Made by a program: the position numbers and the translations under genes. Below are positions 29,497 through 48,634 of a stretch of DNA of 64,000 nt, in pieces. The stretch spans positions 8,700-72,699 of the forward strand of contig JAJYTW010000002.1 of the NCBI GenBank assembly GCA_021792855.1, given 5' to 3'. The stretch is from Actinomycetes bacterium. Its GTDB lineage: Bacteria; Actinomycetota; Actinomycetes; Streptosporangiales; Streptosporangiaceae. The stretch's first letter is position 1; the number at the start of each line of letters is the position of its first letter. The notes under the pieces were generated by a model that was not told where the DNA came from, made no database searches, and saw nothing but the letters and a program-made list of their open reading frames with translations.

Positions 29497-29813
29497 CAGA
29501 CGTCCTTACCGCCGGGCCGCGCCACCCGGATCTTGTCCTCGCCATCGAACCGGTATCCGGCCCGGGCTGGCTTCTTGGTCTCAGGGTCGATCAGCGCGAC
29601 GTTGCTCACGTGGATCAGCGCCTCCTGGTGGACGATGCCGCCCTCCCTGGCGCCCTGCTGTCCCGTGTAGTCGACCTTGGTGTTCTTCTTGATCATGCTG
29701 ACACCCTGGACGAGCACGCGCTGTCGCGCCGGGTCGGTCATGATCACGGTGCCCTCGCGGCCGCGGTCCTTGCCCGCGATAACCACGACCCGGTCACCCT
29801 TCTTGATCTTCAT
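29496..29813 (-). CDS. rplX: 50S ribosomal protein L24
   Basis: [23 protein letters not shown] from ATG 29813 (105 aa, the usual length). An alternative upstream ATG at 29867 overlaps the rplN stop. Confidence 0.9.
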   Translation of the reverse strand: MKIKKGDRVVVIAGKDRGREGTVIMTDPARQRVLVQGVSMIKKNTKVDYTGQQGAREGGIVHQEALIHVSNVALIDPETKKPARAGYRFDGEDKIRVARPGGKDV

Positions 29814-29863
29814 CGGACGGGCCTTCGCCGACTGGCCCTTCCTGGCCGCGCCGTTCCTTGCCA

Positions 29864-30232
29864 TCACAGCACCTCCGGCGCCAGCGAGATGATCCTCATG
29901 AACCGCTTCTCCCGCAGTTCCCGGCCGACCGGGCCGAAGATACGGGTGCCGCGGGGGTCTCCGCCGTCCCTGATCAGCACGGCGGCGTTCTCGTCAAAGC
30001 GAATGTAGGAGCCGTCGCCACGACGCCGCTCCTTGCGGGTACGGACCACGACCGCCTTGACCACATCGCCCTTCTTGACGCCCGCGCCAGGCAGGGCGTC
30101 CTTGACGGTGGCCACGATGACGTCGCCGATGCCCGCGTACCGCCGACTCGAGCCGCCGAGCACGCGGATGCACAAGAGCTCCTTGGCACCGGTGTTGTCG
30201 GCGACCTTAAGCCGCGACTCCTGCTGGATCAC
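29864..30232 (-). CDS. rplN: 50S ribosomal protein L14
   Basis: [27 protein letters not shown]. Confidence 0.96.
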   Translation of the reverse strand: MIQQESRLKVADNTGAKELLCIRVLGGSSRRYAGIGDVIVATVKDALPGAGVKKGDVVKAVVVRTRKERRRGDGSYIRFDENAAVLIRDGGDPRGTRIFGPVGRELREKRFMRIISLAPEVL

Positions 30233-30274
30233 GTCAACTCCTGCTCACTTAGTCCGGCCGGGCCGGGCGTCTTC

Positions 30275-30553
30275 CTACTTGGCCTTCTCGAGGATCTCGG
30301 CCACTCGCCACCGCTTGGTGGCCGACAGCGGCCGGGTCTCCCACAGCACCACGCGGTCGCCGACGCCGCAGGCGTTCTCCTCGTCGTGGGCCACGTACTT
30401 CCTGGTCCGGCGGATGACCTTGCCATACTTCGGGTGCTTGACCCGGTCCTCCACCATCACGATCACGGTCTTGTCCATCTTGTCGCTGACCACCAGGCCC
30501 TCCCGGACCTTGCGGTAGCCGCGCACAGGAGTCTGCTGCTCCGTCTCACTCAT
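30275..30553 (-). CDS. rpsQ: 30S ribosomal protein S17
   Basis: [35 protein letters not shown] 30553 overlaps the rpmC stop (ATGAGTGA). Confidence 0.93.
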   Translation of the reverse strand: MSETEQQTPVRGYRKVREGLVVSDKMDKTVIVMVEDRVKHPKYGKVIRRTRKYVAHDEENACGVGDRVVLWETRPLSATKRWRVAEILEKAK

Positions 30554-30788
30554 CCTCGTCAGCCTCCTCCTGCTCAATGGTCACGATGCCGAGTTCGCGC
30601 TCGCGCTTGACCGTGTAGATGCGGGCGATCTCCTTGCGTACCGCACGCAGCCGACCGTGGCTTTCCAGCTGGCCAGCCGCCGCCTGGAAGCGCAGGTTGA
30701 ACAGCTCGATCTTGGCCTCCGCCAGCTTGTCCTCGAGCTCTTCCTCCGACGAGGCACGCAGGTCGGCCGCGGCGAGTCCCCTGGCCAT
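30546..30788 (-). CDS. rpmC: 50S ribosomal protein L29
   Basis: [33 protein letters not shown]. Confidence 0.94.
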   Translation of the reverse strand: MARGLAAADLRASSEEELEDKLAEAKIELFNLRFQAAAGQLESHGRLRAVRKEIARIYTVKRERELGIVTIEQEEADEDE

Positions 30789-31207
30789 TACGCCTCACCC
30801 ACTTCACGCTTCACGAACTTGCACTTCATCGGCAGCTTGTGCATGGCCCGGCGGAGCGCTTCCCTGGCCACCGGCTCCGGCACGCCGGACAGCTCGAACA
30901 TGACCCTCCCGGGCTTGACGTTGGCCACCCACCACTCCGGGGCGCCCTTGCCGGAGCCCATCCGGGTCTCGGCCGGCTTCTTGGTCAGCGGCCGGTCCGG
31001 GTAGATCGTGATCCACACCTTGCCACCACGGCGGATGTGCCTGGTCATCGCGATACGCGCGGCCTCGATCTGCCGGTTGGTGACGTAGGAGTGCTCGACG
31101 GCCTGGATGCCGTACTCACCAAAGGTCACCCTCGTGCCGCCCTTGGCGGCACCGGACCGATCCGGCCGGTGCTGCTTGCGGTGCTTGGTCCTGCGGGGAA
31201 TGAGCAT
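30788..31207 (-). CDS. rplP: 50S ribosomal protein L16
   Basis: [15 protein letters not shown]. Confidence 0.96.
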   Translation of the reverse strand: MLIPRRTKHRKQHRPDRSGAAKGGTRVTFGEYGIQAVEHSYVTNRQIEAARIAMTRHIRRGGKVWITIYPDRPLTKKPAETRMGSGKGAPEWWVANVKPGRVMFELSGVPEPVAREALRRAMHKLPMKCKFVKREVGEA

Positions 31208-31210
31208 GGC

Positions 31211-32077
31211 TCAGCCCTCCTCGCCCGTTGTCGCCTGCGCGGCAGCCGGCTGCTCGGCCTTCGGCCGCGAATCCGTCCGGCCGGCGCCCTGGCCGCGCCC
31301 CTCGGCGCCGCCTCGCTGGCCGCGCTCGCCGCCGTCGGGACCGGCACCCGGCCGACGACCGCGGCGCGGTCCACTCGGCCGCTCCCGGCCGCCGCCCGGC
31401 CGCCCGGCCGCCCGCAGGCCAGCCGCCTGCGCCTCGCGCTCGGCTCGCGTCTGGGCGGCATCGCCCCGGTAGATCCAGACCTTCACGCCGATCCGGCCGA
31501 AGGTGGTGCGCGCCTCGTAGAAGCCGTAGTCGATGTCCGCGCGCAGCGTGTGCAGCGGGACCCGACCCTCGCGGTAGAACTCCGACCGGGACATCTCCGC
31601 GCCGCCGAGGCGACCGGAGCACTGCACCCGGATGCCCTTGGCGCCGCCCTTCATGGCGGTCTGCATGGCCTTGCGCATCGCCCGCCGGAACGACACCCGG
31701 CTGGATAGCTGCTCGGCCACGCCCTGCGCCACTAGCTGGGCATCGATCTCGGGGTTCTTGACCTCGAGGATGTTCAGCTCGATCCGGCGGCCGGTGAGCT
31801 TCTCCAGGTCACCGCGGATCCGGTCGGCCTCCGCCCCGCGACGGCCGATCACGATGCCGGGCCGCGCGGTGTGGATCCACACCTTGACCTTGTCCTTGTC
31901 CTCGCGCTCGATCTCCACCTTGGAGATGCCCGCCCGCTCCATGCCGCGCTGCAGCATCCGGCGGATCGCGACGTCCTCCGCGACGTAGTCCTTGTACAGC
32001 TTGTCGGCAAACCACCGGCTCTTGAAGTCGGTGGTGATGCCCAGCCGGAACCCGTGCGGGTTCACTTTCTGGCCCAC
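31211..32077 (-). CDS. rpsC: 30S ribosomal protein S3 with a Gly/Arg/Ala-rich C-terminal extension
   Basis: [24 protein letters not shown]. Confidence 0.96.
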   Translation of the reverse strand: MGQKVNPHGFRLGITTDFKSRWFADKLYKDYVAEDVAIRRMLQRGMERAGISKVEIEREDKDKVKVWIHTARPGIVIGRRGAEADRIRGDLEKLTGRRIELNILEVKNPEIDAQLVAQGVAEQLSSRVSFRRAMRKAMQTAMKGGAKGIRVQCSGRLGGAEMSRSEFYREGRVPLHTLRADIDYGFYEARTTFGRIGVKVWIYRGDAAQTRAEREAQAAGLRAAGRPGGGRERPSGPRRGRRPGAGPDGGERGQRGGAEGRGQGAGRTDSRPKAEQPAAAQATTGEEG

Positions 32078-32457
32078 TAGCGGGTCCTCTCCTTGCGGTT
32101 CGACTTGCCGCCCTCGGTGGCCGCACCCTGATCGGAAACCACGACCGTGATGTGGCTCGTTCGCTTGTTGATCCGGTAGCCGCGGCCCTGGGCCCGCGGC
32201 CGGAACCTCTTCAGCGTGGGTCCCTCGTCCACCCAGGCGCGGCTCACGACCAGCGAGGAGGCCGATACCTGCCCGGTGTACTCGGCATTGGCGATGGCAC
32301 TTGCCAGCACCTTGCCGACAGGGTCGCTCGCCGACTGCGGCGCGAAGGCCAGCACCGCCCGCGCCTGCTCAGCAGGCAGCCCGCGGATCAGGTCCACCAC
32401 TCGGCGGGCCTTCCGCGGCGTGACGCGCACGTACCGCGCCTTTGCCCTCGCTTCCAT
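32077..32457 (-). CDS. rplV: 50S ribosomal protein L22
   Basis: [26 protein letters not shown]. Confidence 0.95.
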   Translation of the reverse strand: MEARAKARYVRVTPRKARRVVDLIRGLPAEQARAVLAFAPQSASDPVGKVLASAIANAEYTGQVSASSLVVSRAWVDEGPTLKRFRPRAQGRGYRINKRTSHITVVVSDQGAATEGGKSNRKERTR

Positions 32458-32555
32458 CGGTCCTGCCTCGCTCTCTCCCGCTCACCGGGCACCGGGCACA
32501 CTGCCCGTCGCACCTGGCGGCGCCGTCTTCGACTCTTGCTTGCCGGCCCGGTCGC

Positions 32556-32834
32556 CTAGCGGCGGCTGCGCCGGTCGTCCTTTACGTGACTGCGGAACGT
32601 ACGGGTCGGCGCGAACTCACCGAGCTTGTGGCCGACCATCGATTCGGTGACGAAGACCGGGACATGCTTACGGCCGTCATGCACCGCGATCGTGTGGCCG
32701 AGCATGGCCGGGACGATCATCGAGCGGCGCGACCAGGTCTTGATCACGTTCTTGGTGCCCTTGGTGTTCTGGACGTCCACCTTCTTCATCAGGTGGTCGT
32801 CGACGAACGGGCCCTTCTTGAGGCTACGAGGCAT
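32556..32834 (-). CDS. rpsS: 30S ribosomal protein S19
   Basis: [19 protein letters not shown]. Confidence 0.96.
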   Translation of the reverse strand: MPRSLKKGPFVDDHLMKKVDVQNTKGTKNVIKTWSRRSMIVPAMLGHTIAVHDGRKHVPVFVTESMVGHKLGEFAPTRTFRSHVKDDRRSRR

Positions 32835-32846
32835 CGCCGGTTACTC

Positions 32847-33680
32847 CTACCGCTTCTTCTTCGAGCGCCGCCGCGTGATCAGCCGGTCGCTCGGCTTGTT
32901 CGCGCGCCTGGTACGTCCCTCTGGCTTGCCCCACGGGCTCACCGGGTGGCGGCCGCCCGAGGTCTTACCCTCGCCGCCGCCCATCGGATGGTCGATCGGG
33001 TTCATCGCAACACCGCGGACACTGGGCCTGCGGCCCTTCCACCGACTCCGGCCGGCCTTGCCGAGCTTGATGTTGCCCTGCTCGGCGTTGCTGACCTCGC
33101 CGACCGTCGCCCGGCAGGACGCGTCGACAAGCCGGATCTCGCCGGACGGCATCCGCAGGTGCGCGTGCTTGCCCTCCTTGGCCAGCAACTGCACGCCGGA
33201 TCCGGCCGACCGCGCGATCTTCGCGCCGCCGCCTGGGCGAAGCTCGATCGCGTGCACCACGGTGCCGGTCGGGATCGATCGCAGCGGCAGGCAGTTGCCG
33301 ACCTTGATGTCGGCGCCCGGCCCGTTCTCCACCCGGTCACCCTGGCCGAGACCGGTCGGCGCCAGGATGTAGCGCTTCTCGCCGTCGGCGTAGTGCAGCA
33401 GCGCGATCCGCGCGGTCCGGTTGGGGTCGTACTCGATGTGCGCGACCTTCGCCGGGATGCCGTCCTTGTCCGCCCGCCGGAAGTCGATCACGCGGTACGC
33501 GCGCTTGTGCCCGCCGCCCTGGTGCCGGGCCGTGATCCGGCCGTGCACGTTGCGGCCGCCACGCCCGTGCAGTGGCTGCACTAGCGACTTCTCCGGCTCG
33601 CTCCGCGTAATCTCGGCGAAGTCCGAGCCGCTAGCGCCGCGCCTGCCCGGCGTCGTCGGCTTGTACTTGCGGATGCCCAT
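32847..33680 (-). CDS. rplB: 50S ribosomal protein L2
   Basis: [17 protein letters not shown]...[20 protein letters not shown]. Confidence 0.97.
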   Translation of the reverse strand: MGIRKYKPTTPGRRGASGSDFAEITRSEPEKSLVQPLHGRGGRNVHGRITARHQGGGHKRAYRVIDFRRADKDGIPAKVAHIEYDPNRTARIALLHYADGEKRYILAPTGLGQGDRVENGPGADIKVGNCLPLRSIPTGTVVHAIELRPGGGAKIARSAGSGVQLLAKEGKHAHLRMPSGEIRLVDASCRATVGEVSNAEQGNIKLGKAGRSRWKGRRPSVRGVAMNPIDHPMGGGEGKTSGGRHPVSPWGKPEGRTRRANKPSDRLITRRRSKKKR

Positions 33681-33709
33681 GTCTGCTTAAGCTCCTATGC
33701 TCGTCCGGC

Positions 33710-34012
33710 CTAGCTGCCCAGGCCGCCGATGTCGATCCGCTCACCGGCAGCCAGGCTGACGACCGCCCGCTTGGTGTCCGGCCGCTGGCCCCAGCCGAAC
33801 CGGGTACGGCGACGCTTACCGGGCCGGTTCAGCGTGTTCACGCCGGTCACCTTGACGTTGAAGATGGCCTCCACCGCCTGCCTGATCTGCGTCTTGTTAG
33901 CGTGCGGAGCCACGATGAACGTGTACTTGTTGAACTCGTCCTGCAGCCCGTAGCTCTTCTCCGAGATAACCGGCCGCAGCAGGATGTCCCGATGGTTGTA
34001 GACCTTGCTCAC
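33710..34012 (-). CDS. rplW: 50S ribosomal protein L23
   Basis: [34 protein letters not shown]. Confidence 0.95.
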   Translation of the reverse strand: MSKVYNHRDILLRPVISEKSYGLQDEFNKYTFIVAPHANKTQIRQAVEAIFNVKVTGVNTLNRPGKRRRTRFGWGQRPDTKRAVVSLAAGERIDIGGLGS

Positions 34013-34896
34013 TGCTCCTCGCCCTCTGCGCCGCCGCCCTGGCCCGCCCGGGCCACGAACGAGGCAAGCGCCGTAGAAGTGAAGACCACCCGGTCACTCA
34101 CCAGCACGTCATAGGTGTTCAGCTGGCCGGGATCGATCAGGTGCACGCCGGGGGCGTTCCGCAGGCTCTTCCAGGTCAGCACGTCGCCCCGGTCGGCGAC
34201 CACGAGCACCGAGGTGGTCGTGGCCGGCGCCCCGGTCACGCCGGTGAGCGCCGCGAGCGCGTCCTTCGTCTTCGGCTCCGAGCCCTCGACGAACGCGCTC
34301 ACCACGTGCACCAGGCCGTGCCTGGCCCGGTCCGACAGCGCGCCGCGCAGCGCAGCGGCCTTCATCTTCTTCGGCGTGCGCTGGGCATAGGACCGCGGCA
34401 CCGGGCCGTGTACCACGCCACCGCCGGCGAACTGCGGCGCCCGGGTCGACCCCTGGCGGGCCCGGCCGGTGCCCTTCTGCCGGTACGGCTTCTTGCCGCC
34501 GCCGCGGACGTCGCCGCGGGTCTTGGTCGCGTGCGTGCCCTGTCGCGCGGCGGCCTGCTGCGCGACGACCACCTGGTGGATCAGCGGCACGTTTACGGTC
34601 ACGTCGAAGATCTCGGGCGGCAGGTCGGCCTGCACCGTCACGTCCGGGACCGGCTTCGCCTTGGCCTTCGGCTTGGCAGCGGGTGCCTTCTCGGCCGGCT
34701 TGGCCGCCGCCTTGGCGCGCGGCTTCCGCGCGGGCTTCGCCGCCGGCTCAGCATCCTCAGCGGCCGCCGCCTCGGGCTCAGTGGCCTCGGCCTCAGCCGC
34801 GGCGGCCTCGGGCGCGGACTCTTCGGCCGCGCTCCCTTCCGCCGTCGCCGGCGTCTCCTGCTCCTCCGGCGTGCTCGGGTCAGATGCCGGGCTCAT
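34009..34896 (-). CDS. rplD: 50S ribosomal protein L4 with an Ala/Glu/Pro/Lys-rich N-terminal extension of about 85 aa
   Basis: Core motif: [50 protein letters not shown] 34896 overlaps the rplC stop (ATGA). There is no internal ATG before the core. Confidence 0.9.
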   Translation of the reverse strand: MSPASDPSTPEEQETPATAEGSAAEESAPEAAAAEAEATEPEAAAAEDAEPAAKPARKPRAKAAAKPAEKAPAAKPKAKAKPVPDVTVQADLPPEIFDVTVNVPLIHQVVVAQQAAARQGTHATKTRGDVRGGGKKPYRQKGTGRARQGSTRAPQFAGGGVVHGPVPRSYAQRTPKKMKAAALRGALSDRARHGLVHVVSAFVEGSEPKTKDALAALTGVTGAPATTTSVLVVADRGDVLTWKSLRNAPGVHLIDPGQLNTYDVLVSDRVVFTSTALASFVARAGQGGGAEGEEQ

Positions 34897-35579
34897 CGGG
34901 CCGCACCAGCCTCTCTCGTCTTCGCGCCCGCGTTCAGCGGTGACTTGACCGCGCTGCGCACCAGGACCAGGCCGCCGGCCGGTCCGGGCACCGCGCCCTT
35001 GATCAGCAGCAGGCCGCGGTCGGCGTCCACGCCGTGCAGGGTCAGGTTCAGCACCGTGGTGCGCTCCCCGCCCATCCGGCCGGCCATCCGCAGACCCTTG
35101 AACACGTGGCCGGGGAACGCGCAGCCGCCGATCGAACCCGGCGACCGGTGCTTACGCTGGGTGCCGTGGGACGAGCTGAGGCCGCGGAACCCGTGCCGCT
35201 TCATCACACCAGCGAAGCCCTTGCCCTTGCTGGTCGCGGTCACGTCGACGAGCTCGCCGGACTCGAAGGTCTCCGCCGTGAGCTCCTGGCCGAGCGTGTA
35301 CTGGTCGGCGTCGGAGGTGCGCAGCTCGACCAGGTACCGCCGTGGCGTCACTCCGGCCTTGGCGAACACACCTGCCTTGGGCTTGTTGACCTTGCGCGGG
35401 TCGATGTCGCCGTAACCCAGTTGCACGGCCGAGTATCCATCGGAGTCCGCACTGCGCACCGCGGTAACGACGCACGGACCCGCGGACACCACGGTGACCG
35501 GGACGATCTTCCCATCGTCGCCGAAGACCTGGGTCATACCGAGCTTGGTGCCCAGGACCCCTCTGATCTGCTTGGACAT
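34893..35579 (-). CDS. rplC: 50S ribosomal protein L3
   Basis: [26 protein letters not shown]. Confidence 0.96.
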   Translation of the reverse strand: MSKQIRGVLGTKLGMTQVFGDDGKIVPVTVVSAGPCVVTAVRSADSDGYSAVQLGYGDIDPRKVNKPKAGVFAKAGVTPRRYLVELRTSDADQYTLGQELTAETFESGELVDVTATSKGKGFAGVMKRHGFRGLSSSHGTQRKHRSPGSIGGCAFPGHVFKGLRMAGRMGGERTTVLNLTLHGVDADRGLLLIKGAVPGPAGGLVLVRSAVKSPLNAGAKTREAGAAR

Positions 35580-35594
35580 GTCCGTGCGTTCCCT

Positions 35595-35903
35595 CTACAG
35601 CTTGATCTGGATGTCGACACCGGCTGGCACATCGAGCCGCATCAGGGCATCGACGGTCTTCGGAGTCGGATCGATGATGTCGATCAGGCGCTTGTGCGTG
35701 CGCATCTCGAAATGCTCACGCGAGTCCTTGTACTTATGCGGCGACCTGATCACGCAGTACACGTTCTTCTCGGTCGGCAGCGGCACCGGGCCAACGACCT
35801 TCGCCCCAGTCCGCATCACCGTATCCACGATCTTCCGCGCTGAAGTGTCGATGACCTCGTGGTCATAACTCTTCAAGCGGATGCGGATCTTCTCTCCCGC
35901 CAT
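35595..35903 (-). CDS. rpsJ: 30S ribosomal protein S10
   Basis: [28 protein letters not shown]. Confidence 0.97.
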   Translation of the reverse strand: MAGEKIRIRLKSYDHEVIDTSARKIVDTVMRTGAKVVGPVPLPTEKNVYCVIRSPHKYKDSREHFEMRTHKRLIDIIDPTPKTVDALMRLDVPAGVDIQIKL

Positions 35904-35995
35904 CGTTTGGCCTCTGTCCTTACGCCCTAGTGCTGCCGACTCCGCGAGGCCGGGGTGTTAGCTCCGGTCCCGTATTTGCTCACTGGTTCCGGTGC

Positions 35996-36042
35996 GTGGG
36001 GCTCCCGGCCGACCGCGTTCCGCGACGGCCGAGAGTCCCCAC
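35996..36042 (-). terminator. hairpin 14 nt downstream of the tuf stop (terminator or attenuator ahead of rpsJ)
   Basis: Arms 35996-36011 and 36026-36042 pair as 6+3+6 bp with one bulge and one mismatch. Very GC-rich, no U-tract. Confidence 0.55.
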
Positions 36043-36055
36043 GTACCAGATGCGA

Positions 36056-37249
<1,194 letters not shown>

Positions 37250-37334
37250 TGGTGTCTCCTCGTTGCGATCGGTCCCCACGCTCGTGGGGTGCTGGCGCTC
37301 ACGCGGGGCGCCGGTTGCTGATGGCTGGTGCTAG

Positions 37335-39434
<2,100 letters not shown>

Positions 39435-39480
39435 TAGTAATGATCCTCGTTCCTGCTCGATCTGCGAATGCTTGCTCGCA

Positions 39481-39951
39481 CTACCAGCGGTAGTGGGCGA
39501 ACGCCTTGTTCGACTCGGCCATCTTGTGGGTGTCCTCACGCCGCTTGACGCTGGCGCCGAGGCCGTTGCTCGCGTCGAGCAACTCGTTCATCAGCCGCTC
39601 GGTCATGGTCTTCTCGCGGCGGGCCCTGGAGTAGCTGACCAGCCAGCGCAGCGCGAGCGTGGTGCTCCGGGAGGCCCGAACCTCGACCGGCACCTGGTAG
39701 GTCGCGCCACCAACCCGGCGGCTGCGCACCTCCAGCGTCGGCTTCACGTTGTCCAGCGCACGCTTGAGAGTGACCACCGGGTCGTTGCCGGTCTTGTCCC
39801 GGCAGCCTTCGAGCGCGCCGTACACGATGTGCTCGGCGAGCGAGCGCTTCCCGTTCTTCAGCACCTTGTTCACCAGCTGGGTGACCAGGGGCGAACCGTA
39901 GACCGGGTCGGTCACCAGCTGCCGCTTGGTCGCGGGGCCCTTGCGCGGCAT
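39481..39951 (-). CDS. rpsG: 30S ribosomal protein S7
   Basis: [31 protein letters not shown]-terminal HYRW, 156 aa. Confidence 0.96.
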   Translation of the reverse strand: MPRKGPATKRQLVTDPVYGSPLVTQLVNKVLKNGKRSLAEHIVYGALEGCRDKTGNDPVVTLKRALDNVKPTLEVRSRRVGGATYQVPVEVRASRSTTLALRWLVSYSRARREKTMTERLMNELLDASNGLGASVKRREDTHKMAESNKAFAHYRW

Positions 39952-39952
39952 G

Positions 39953-40327
39953 TCAGCTCTTCTCCTTCTTCGCGCCGTAACGGCTGCGGGCCTGCTTGCG
40001 GTTGCGGACACCCTGGGTGTCCAGCGATCCGCGAATGATCTTGTACCGAACGCCGGGCAGGTCACGCACGCGACCTCCCCGGACCAGAACGATGGAGTGT
40101 TCCTGGAGGTTGTGCCCCACCCCCGGGATGTACGCGGTCACCTCGACGTGGCTGGTGAGCCGGACCCTGGCGACCTTGCGCAGCGCCGAGTTCGGCTTCT
40201 TGGGCGTGGTCGTGTAGACGCGCGTGCAGACGCCTCGGCGCTGCGGGCTGCCCTTGAGCGCCGGGGTCTTGTTCTTGGCTACCTTGTCCTGCCTGCCCTT
40301 GCGGACCAGCTGCTGGATCGTGGGCAC
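39953..40327 (-). CDS. rpsL: 30S ribosomal protein S12
   Basis: GTG 40327 (GGAGA upstream) gives (M)[47 protein letters not shown]. Confidence 0.96.
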   Translation of the reverse strand: MPTIQQLVRKGRQDKVAKNKTPALKGSPQRRGVCTRVYTTTPKKPNSALRKVARVRLTSHVEVTAYIPGVGHNLQEHSIVLVRGGRVRDLPGVRYKIIRGSLDTQGVRNRKQARSRYGAKKEKS

Positions 40328-40583
40328 CGCGTCTCCGTCTTCTTCTGATCGTTCGGTCGCGCCCACCCGGGACGCGGCCATCGTTGCTGGCACAGACTGT
40401 GTGGTCTGCCCGACCCCCGCGCTCGGGCGTGTCGCCGCTCTCGCGGCGCACCTGAGCCGCCATATGGGGCCCGGGTGACGGGGAAGGAAGTCGCACGCAT
40501 CCGCCGCCTGCGATTAGCTACCGGTACGGCGGCCATATCGCGGTCACAGACGCGCGTGCCCGTGGTGACGGGCACGGAGAACT

Positions 40584-40613
40584 AGAATACCTAACGCCCA
40601 CCGCAGTGGTCAA
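40584..40613 (-). promoter_or_regulatory. candidate sigma-A-type promoter for rpsL-rpsG-fusA-tuf
   Basis: Minus strand: -35 TTGACC (40613-40608), 18-nt spacer, -10 TATTCT (40589-40584). About 255 nt upstream of the rpsL GTG. Confidence 0.4.
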
Positions 40614-40733
40614 AGCGAGTCGGTTCTCGTCTCAGCAAGTAAGTAGCTTAGCCCATCGCGCGACACGCCCGGGCCATATTTGACTGCGGCCTGACATGCG
40701 GTGGTCCGATCTGGCAGCGAACCGGCATGCGGC

Positions 40734-40769
40734 GGCCCGCGGCCAGCCGATGCCGACTGGCCGCGGGCC
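40734..40769 (-). terminator. rpoC terminator hairpin
   Basis: Perfect 13-bp stem GGCCCGCGGCCAG / CTGGCCGCGGGCC with a 10-nt loop, 34 nt downstream of the rpoC stop. Confidence 0.6.
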
Positions 40770-40802
40770 GGTTGCCCGTCCGCGGCGGGATGACCGCCGC
40801 GC

Positions 40803-44681
<3,879 letters not shown>

Positions 44682-44718
44682 GTTTCTTTTCCCCTAATCC
44701 CCTGGGATCGTTGTGGAA

Positions 44719-47700
44719 TCAGACCTCTTCGACGCTGCTCGGCTCGCGCCGGGACAGGTCGATTCCGAGTTCCTCGGCGGCGCGGAACACGTCCTCGTCG
44801 GTGTCGCGCATCTCGATCGCGGCCCCATCGCTGGACAGCACCTCGACGTTCAGGCAGAGCGACTGCATTTCCTTGATGAGCACCTTGAAGGACTCGGGAA
44901 TGCCGGGCTCGGGAATGTTCTCGCCCTTGACGATGGCCTCGTAGACCTTGACCCGGCCGAGGATGTCGTCGGACTTGATGGTCAGCAATTCCTGCAGGGC
45001 GTAGGCGGCGCCGTAGGCCTCCAGGGCCCACACCTCCATCTCGCCGAACCGCTGGCCGCCGAACTGCGCCTTACCGCCGAGCGGCTGCTGGGTGATCATC
45101 GAGTACGGGCCGGTGGACCTGGCGTGGATCTTGTCATCCACCAGGTGCAGCAGCTTGAGGATGTAGATGTAGCCAACCGACACCCGGTCCCGGAACGGCT
45201 CGCCGGTGCGCCCGTCGAACAGCCGCGCCTTGCCGCTGGCCCCGATGAGCTGGAGGCCGTCACGGTTCGGCAGAGTGGAATCGAGCAGGCCGGTGATCTC
45301 CTCCTCGCGCGCGCCGTCGAATACCGGCGTGGCGACCTTGGTGCCCGGCGCCGCCGCGTCCGCGCCCGCCTGGCGCAGCCGCTGCTTCCACGCGTCGTCA
45401 TCGCCGTCGACCTGCCAGCCGGTGGCCGCGACCCACCCGAGGTGGGTCTCGAGCACCTGGCCGACATTCATCCGGCTCGGCACGCCCAGCGGGTTCAGCA
45501 CGATGTCAACCGGCGTGCCGTCCTCCAGGAACGGCATGTCCTCCACCGGCAGGATCTTCGCGATGACGCCCTTGTTACCGTGGCGGCCGGCCAGCTTGTC
45601 GCCGTCGGTGATCTTCCGCTTGGCCGCGACATAGACCCGGACGAGTTCGTTAACGCCGGGTGGGAGTTCGTCGCCTTCTTCACGCGAGAACACCCGGACG
45701 CCGATCACCCGGCCGGACTCACCGTGCGGCACCTTCAGCGAGGTGTCCCTGACCTCACGGGCCTTCTCACCGAAGATCGCGCGAAGCAGGCGCTCCTCGG
45801 GGGTCAGTTCGGTCTCGCCCTTCGGGGTGACCTTGCCGACCAGGATGTCGCCGGTGACGACCTCGGCGCCGATCCGGATGATGCCACGCTCGTCCAGATC
45901 GGCGAGCACGTCCTCGGAGACGTTCGGGATGTCCCTGGTGATCTCCTCCGGGCCGAGCTTGGTGTCCCGCGCGTCGACCTCGTGCTCCTCGATGTGGATC
46001 GAGGAGAGCACGTCATCCTGCACCAGTCGCTGGGACAAGATGATCGCGTCCTCGTAGTTATGTCCTTCCCAGGACATGAACGCGACCAGCAGGTTCTTCC
46101 CGAGCGACATCTCGCCGTTCTGCGTGCACGGGCCGTCCGCGATGACCTGACCGGACTCGATCCGCTGGCCGCCTGCCACGATCGGCTTCTGGTTGAAGCA
46201 GGTGCCCTGGTTCGACCGCTGGAACTTGGCGATCAGGTAAGTCGACCGGGTGCCGTCGTCGTTCGCGATCGTGATCTCGTCGGCACTGACCTCCTCCACC
46301 ACGCCGGCCTTGGCGGCCACGATCACGTCACCGGCGTCGGTGGCGGCGCGGTACTCCATGCCGGTGCCGACCAGCGGCGACTCGCTGCGCAGCAGCGGCA
46401 CCGACTGACGCTGCATGTTCGAGCCCATCAACGCGCGGTTCGCGTCGTCGTGCTCGAGGAACGGGATCATCGCGGTGGCCACCGACACCATCTGGCGCGG
46501 GGACACGTCGATGTAGTCGACCTCGTCCGGCCTGATCAGGTCGACCTCGCCGCCCTTCCGCCGGACCAGCACGCGATCCTCGATGAACGACCCGTCCGGG
46601 TTGATCGGCGCGTTCGCCTGGGCGATAACGTGCCGGTCCTCCTCGTCCGCGGTCAGGTAGTCGATCTGGTCGGTCACCTTGCCGCCGGTGACCTTGCGGT
46701 ACGGCGTCTCGACGAAGCCGAACGCGTTCACCCGGGCGAACGAGGACAGCGAGCCGATCAGGCCGATGTTCGGGCCTTCTGGCGTCTCGATCGGGCACAT
46801 CCGGCCGTAGTGGCTGGGGTGCACGTCACGAACCTCGAACCCGGCCCGCTCTCGGGACAGACCGCCCGGGCCGAGCGCCGACAGGCGGCGCTTGTGAGTC
46901 AGACCGGCCAGCGGGTTGGTCTGGTCCATGAACTGGGACAACTGGCTGGTGCCGAAGAACTCCTTGATGGAGGCGACCACCGGCCGGATGTTGATCAGCG
47001 TCTGCGGCGTGATCGCCTCGACGTCCTGGGTCGTCATCCGCTCCCTGACGACCCGCTCCATCCGGGCCAGGCCAAGCCGGACCTGGTTCTGGATCAGCTC
47101 ACCGACGGTACGCAGCCGCCGGTTCCCGAAGTGGTCGATGTCGTCGACCTCGATCGGGATCAGCCCCTCGCCGACCTTCATCTCGTCCTCGCCGACGTGC
47201 AGCCGGACCAGGTACTCGATGGTGGCGACGATGTCGTCCTCGGTGAGCGTGCCCTGGGTAATCGGCTGGCTCAGGCCGAGCTTCTTGTTGATCTTGTAAC
47301 GACCGACCTTGGCAAGGTCGTAGCGCTTCGGGTTGAAGTACAGGTTCTCCAGCAGCGCCTGCGCGGACTCCCTGGTCGGCGGCTCGCCCGGACGCAGCTT
47401 GCGGTAGATGTCGAGCAGCGCCTCGTCCTGGCTGGCGGTGTGGTCCTTCTCCAGGGTGGCCCGCATCGACTCGTAGCCGCCGAACCGCTCCAGGATCCTG
47501 GCCTCGTCCCAGCCCAGGGCCTTGAGCAGCACGGTGACGCTCTGCTTGCGCTTGCGGTCGATCCGCACGCCGACGCTGTCCCGCTTGTCGATCTCGAACT
47601 CCAGCCAGGCGCCCCGGGACGGGATCACCTTGCAGCTGTAGATGTCCTTGTCCGACGTCTTGTCGACCTGCCGGTCGAAGTACACACCCGGCGAGCGGAC

Positions 47701-48186
47701 CAGCTGGCTGACCACCACGCGCTCGGTGCCGTTGATGATGAAGGTGCCCTTGTTCGACATCAGCGGGAAGTCGCCCATGAACACGGTCTGGCTCTTGATC
47801 TCGCCCGTGGAGTTGTTGATGAACTCGGCCGTGACGAACATCGGCGCGGAGAAGGTCATGTCCTTCTCCTTGCACTCGTCGGCGGAGTACTTGGGCGGCT
47901 CAAACCGATGATCTCGGAACGAGAGCGACATCGTTCCCGTGAAGTCCTCGATCGGACTGATCTCCTCGAAGATCTCTTCGAGGCCGGACTGCTCTGGAAG
48001 GTCCGTGCGACCGAGCTGACGCTCGGCTTCCATCCGCTGCTTCCACTTCTCATTGCCGAGCAGCCAGTCGAACGAGTCGGTCTGCAGGGCGAGAAGGTTC
48101 GGAACCTCAAGCGGTTCCTTGATGCGGGCAAAGGAAATACGACGTGGACCAGGAGCGATAGCTGAGGCGCTGCGCGAGGCTGCCAA
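44719..48186 (-). CDS. rpoB: DNA-directed RNA polymerase subunit beta
   Basis: [29 protein letters not shown] prefer TTG 48186 (GGAAGGA 6 nt upstream), which gives (M)AASRSAS. The track start is 48234. Confidence 0.96.
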   Translation of the reverse strand: MAASRSASAIAPGPRRISFARIKEPLEVPNLLALQTDSFDWLLGNEKWKQRMEAERQLGRTDLPEQSGLEEIFEEISPIEDFTGTMSLSFRDHRFEPPKYSADECKEKDMTFSAPMFVTAEFINNSTGEIKSQTVFMGDFPLMSNKGTFIINGTERVVVSQLVRSPGVYFDRQVDKTSDKDIYSCKVIPSRGAWLEFEIDKRDSVGVRIDRKRKQSVTVLLKALGWDEARILERFGGYESMRATLEKDHTASQDEALLDIYRKLRPGEPPTRESAQALLENLYFNPKRYDLAKVGRYKINKKLGLSQPITQGTLTEDDIVATIEYLVRLHVGEDEMKVGEGLIPIEVDDIDHFGNRRLRTVGELIQNQVRLGLARMERVVRERMTTQDVEAITPQTLINIRPVVASIKEFFGTSQLSQFMDQTNPLAGLTHKRRLSALGPGGLSRERAGFEVRDVHPSHYGRMCPIETPEGPNIGLIGSLSSFARVNAFGFVETPYRKVTGGKVTDQIDYLTADEEDRHVIAQANAPINPDGSFIEDRVLVRRKGGEVDLIRPDEVDYIDVSPRQMVSVATAMIPFLEHDDANRALMGSNMQRQSVPLLRSESPLVGTGMEYRAATDAGDVIVAAKAGVVEEVSADEITIANDDGTRSTYLIAKFQRSNQGTCFNQKPIVAGGQRIESGQVIADGPCTQNGEMSLGKNLLVAFMSWEGHNYEDAIILSQRLVQDDVLSSIHIEEHEVDARDTKLGPEEITRDIPNVSEDVLADLDERGIIRIGAEVVTGDILVGKVTPKGETELTPEERLLRAIFGEKAREVRDTSLKVPHGESGRVIGVRVFSREEGDELPPGVNELVRVYVAAKRKITDGDKLAGRHGNKGVIAKILPVEDMPFLEDGTPVDIVLNPLGVPSRMNVGQVLETHLGWVAATGWQVDGDDDAWKQRLRQAGADAAAPGTKVATPVFDGAREEEITGLLDSTLPNRDGLQLIGASGKARLFDGRTGEPFRDRVSVGYIYILKLLHLVDDKIHARSTGPYSMITQQPLGGKAQFGGQRFGEMEVWALEAYGAAYALQELLTIKSDDILGRVKVYEAIVKGENIPEPGIPESFKVLIKEMQSLCLNVEVLSSDGAAIEMRDTDEDVFRAAEELGIDLSRREPSSVEEV

Positions 48187-48599
48187 CAGGGGTCCTTCCG
48201 AGCTCGTGGCTGAACGGTCAGCGCGCACGCGCAATGCCCTGCGGCCTCGTCCCCCTACGAGACGACACGGTGGGTGGCGAAACAGTGGGTTAGTTAGCCG
48301 AGGACAGGTGGGTGCAGCGCAAATTGGCAGTGTAGTCTACGGACACACCGCCGGTCAACTTATCGCACCCTGTTACTCACGACTGAAGGCAGCATCGCTC
48401 CTCAGCGCCGAAACGTCAAGAGCCGAGCTAGCTGTGTCGGCATCGGGTAGCCGGTGATGTTATTCACGCAGCCGCCCTGGTTTGCCCAGCTAGCGGATCG
48501 GGCATACCGATTGCTTACCCGCCGATGCCCGCTCCCGCCTCGCGCTGCTGATTACCCACCGGAGCCACCCACCGGCCGGACCAGCCACGTCGGAACGGC

Positions 48600-48634
48600 G
48601 ATGGCCCGCGACCGTGGTGCGGTCGCGGGCCATC
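48600..48634 (-). terminator. rplL-rpoB intercistronic hairpin (attenuator-like)
   Basis: Perfect 15-bp stem GATGGCCCGCGACCG / CGGTCGCGGGCCATC with a 5-nt loop, 64 nt downstream of the rplL stop. Its position is analogous to the known rplL-rpoB attenuator of E. coli. Confidence 0.6.

Noticed and set aside
44713-48165. 1150-aa plus-strand ORF, and similar giants at 42384..44612, 40809.., 12453..14576, 10073..12088, 53616..55691, 37701..38948, 35930..37321, 3650..4852 and 5653..6852.
   Set aside because: All are antisense to unmistakable conserved genes (rpoB, rpoC, glmM, glmS, aminotransferase/add, fusA, tuf, alr, AT3). Their translations are Arg/Pro/Gly/Asp-rich low-complexity strings typical of stop-free antisense frames in 70%-GC DNA. 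None has an SD or recognisable motifs.
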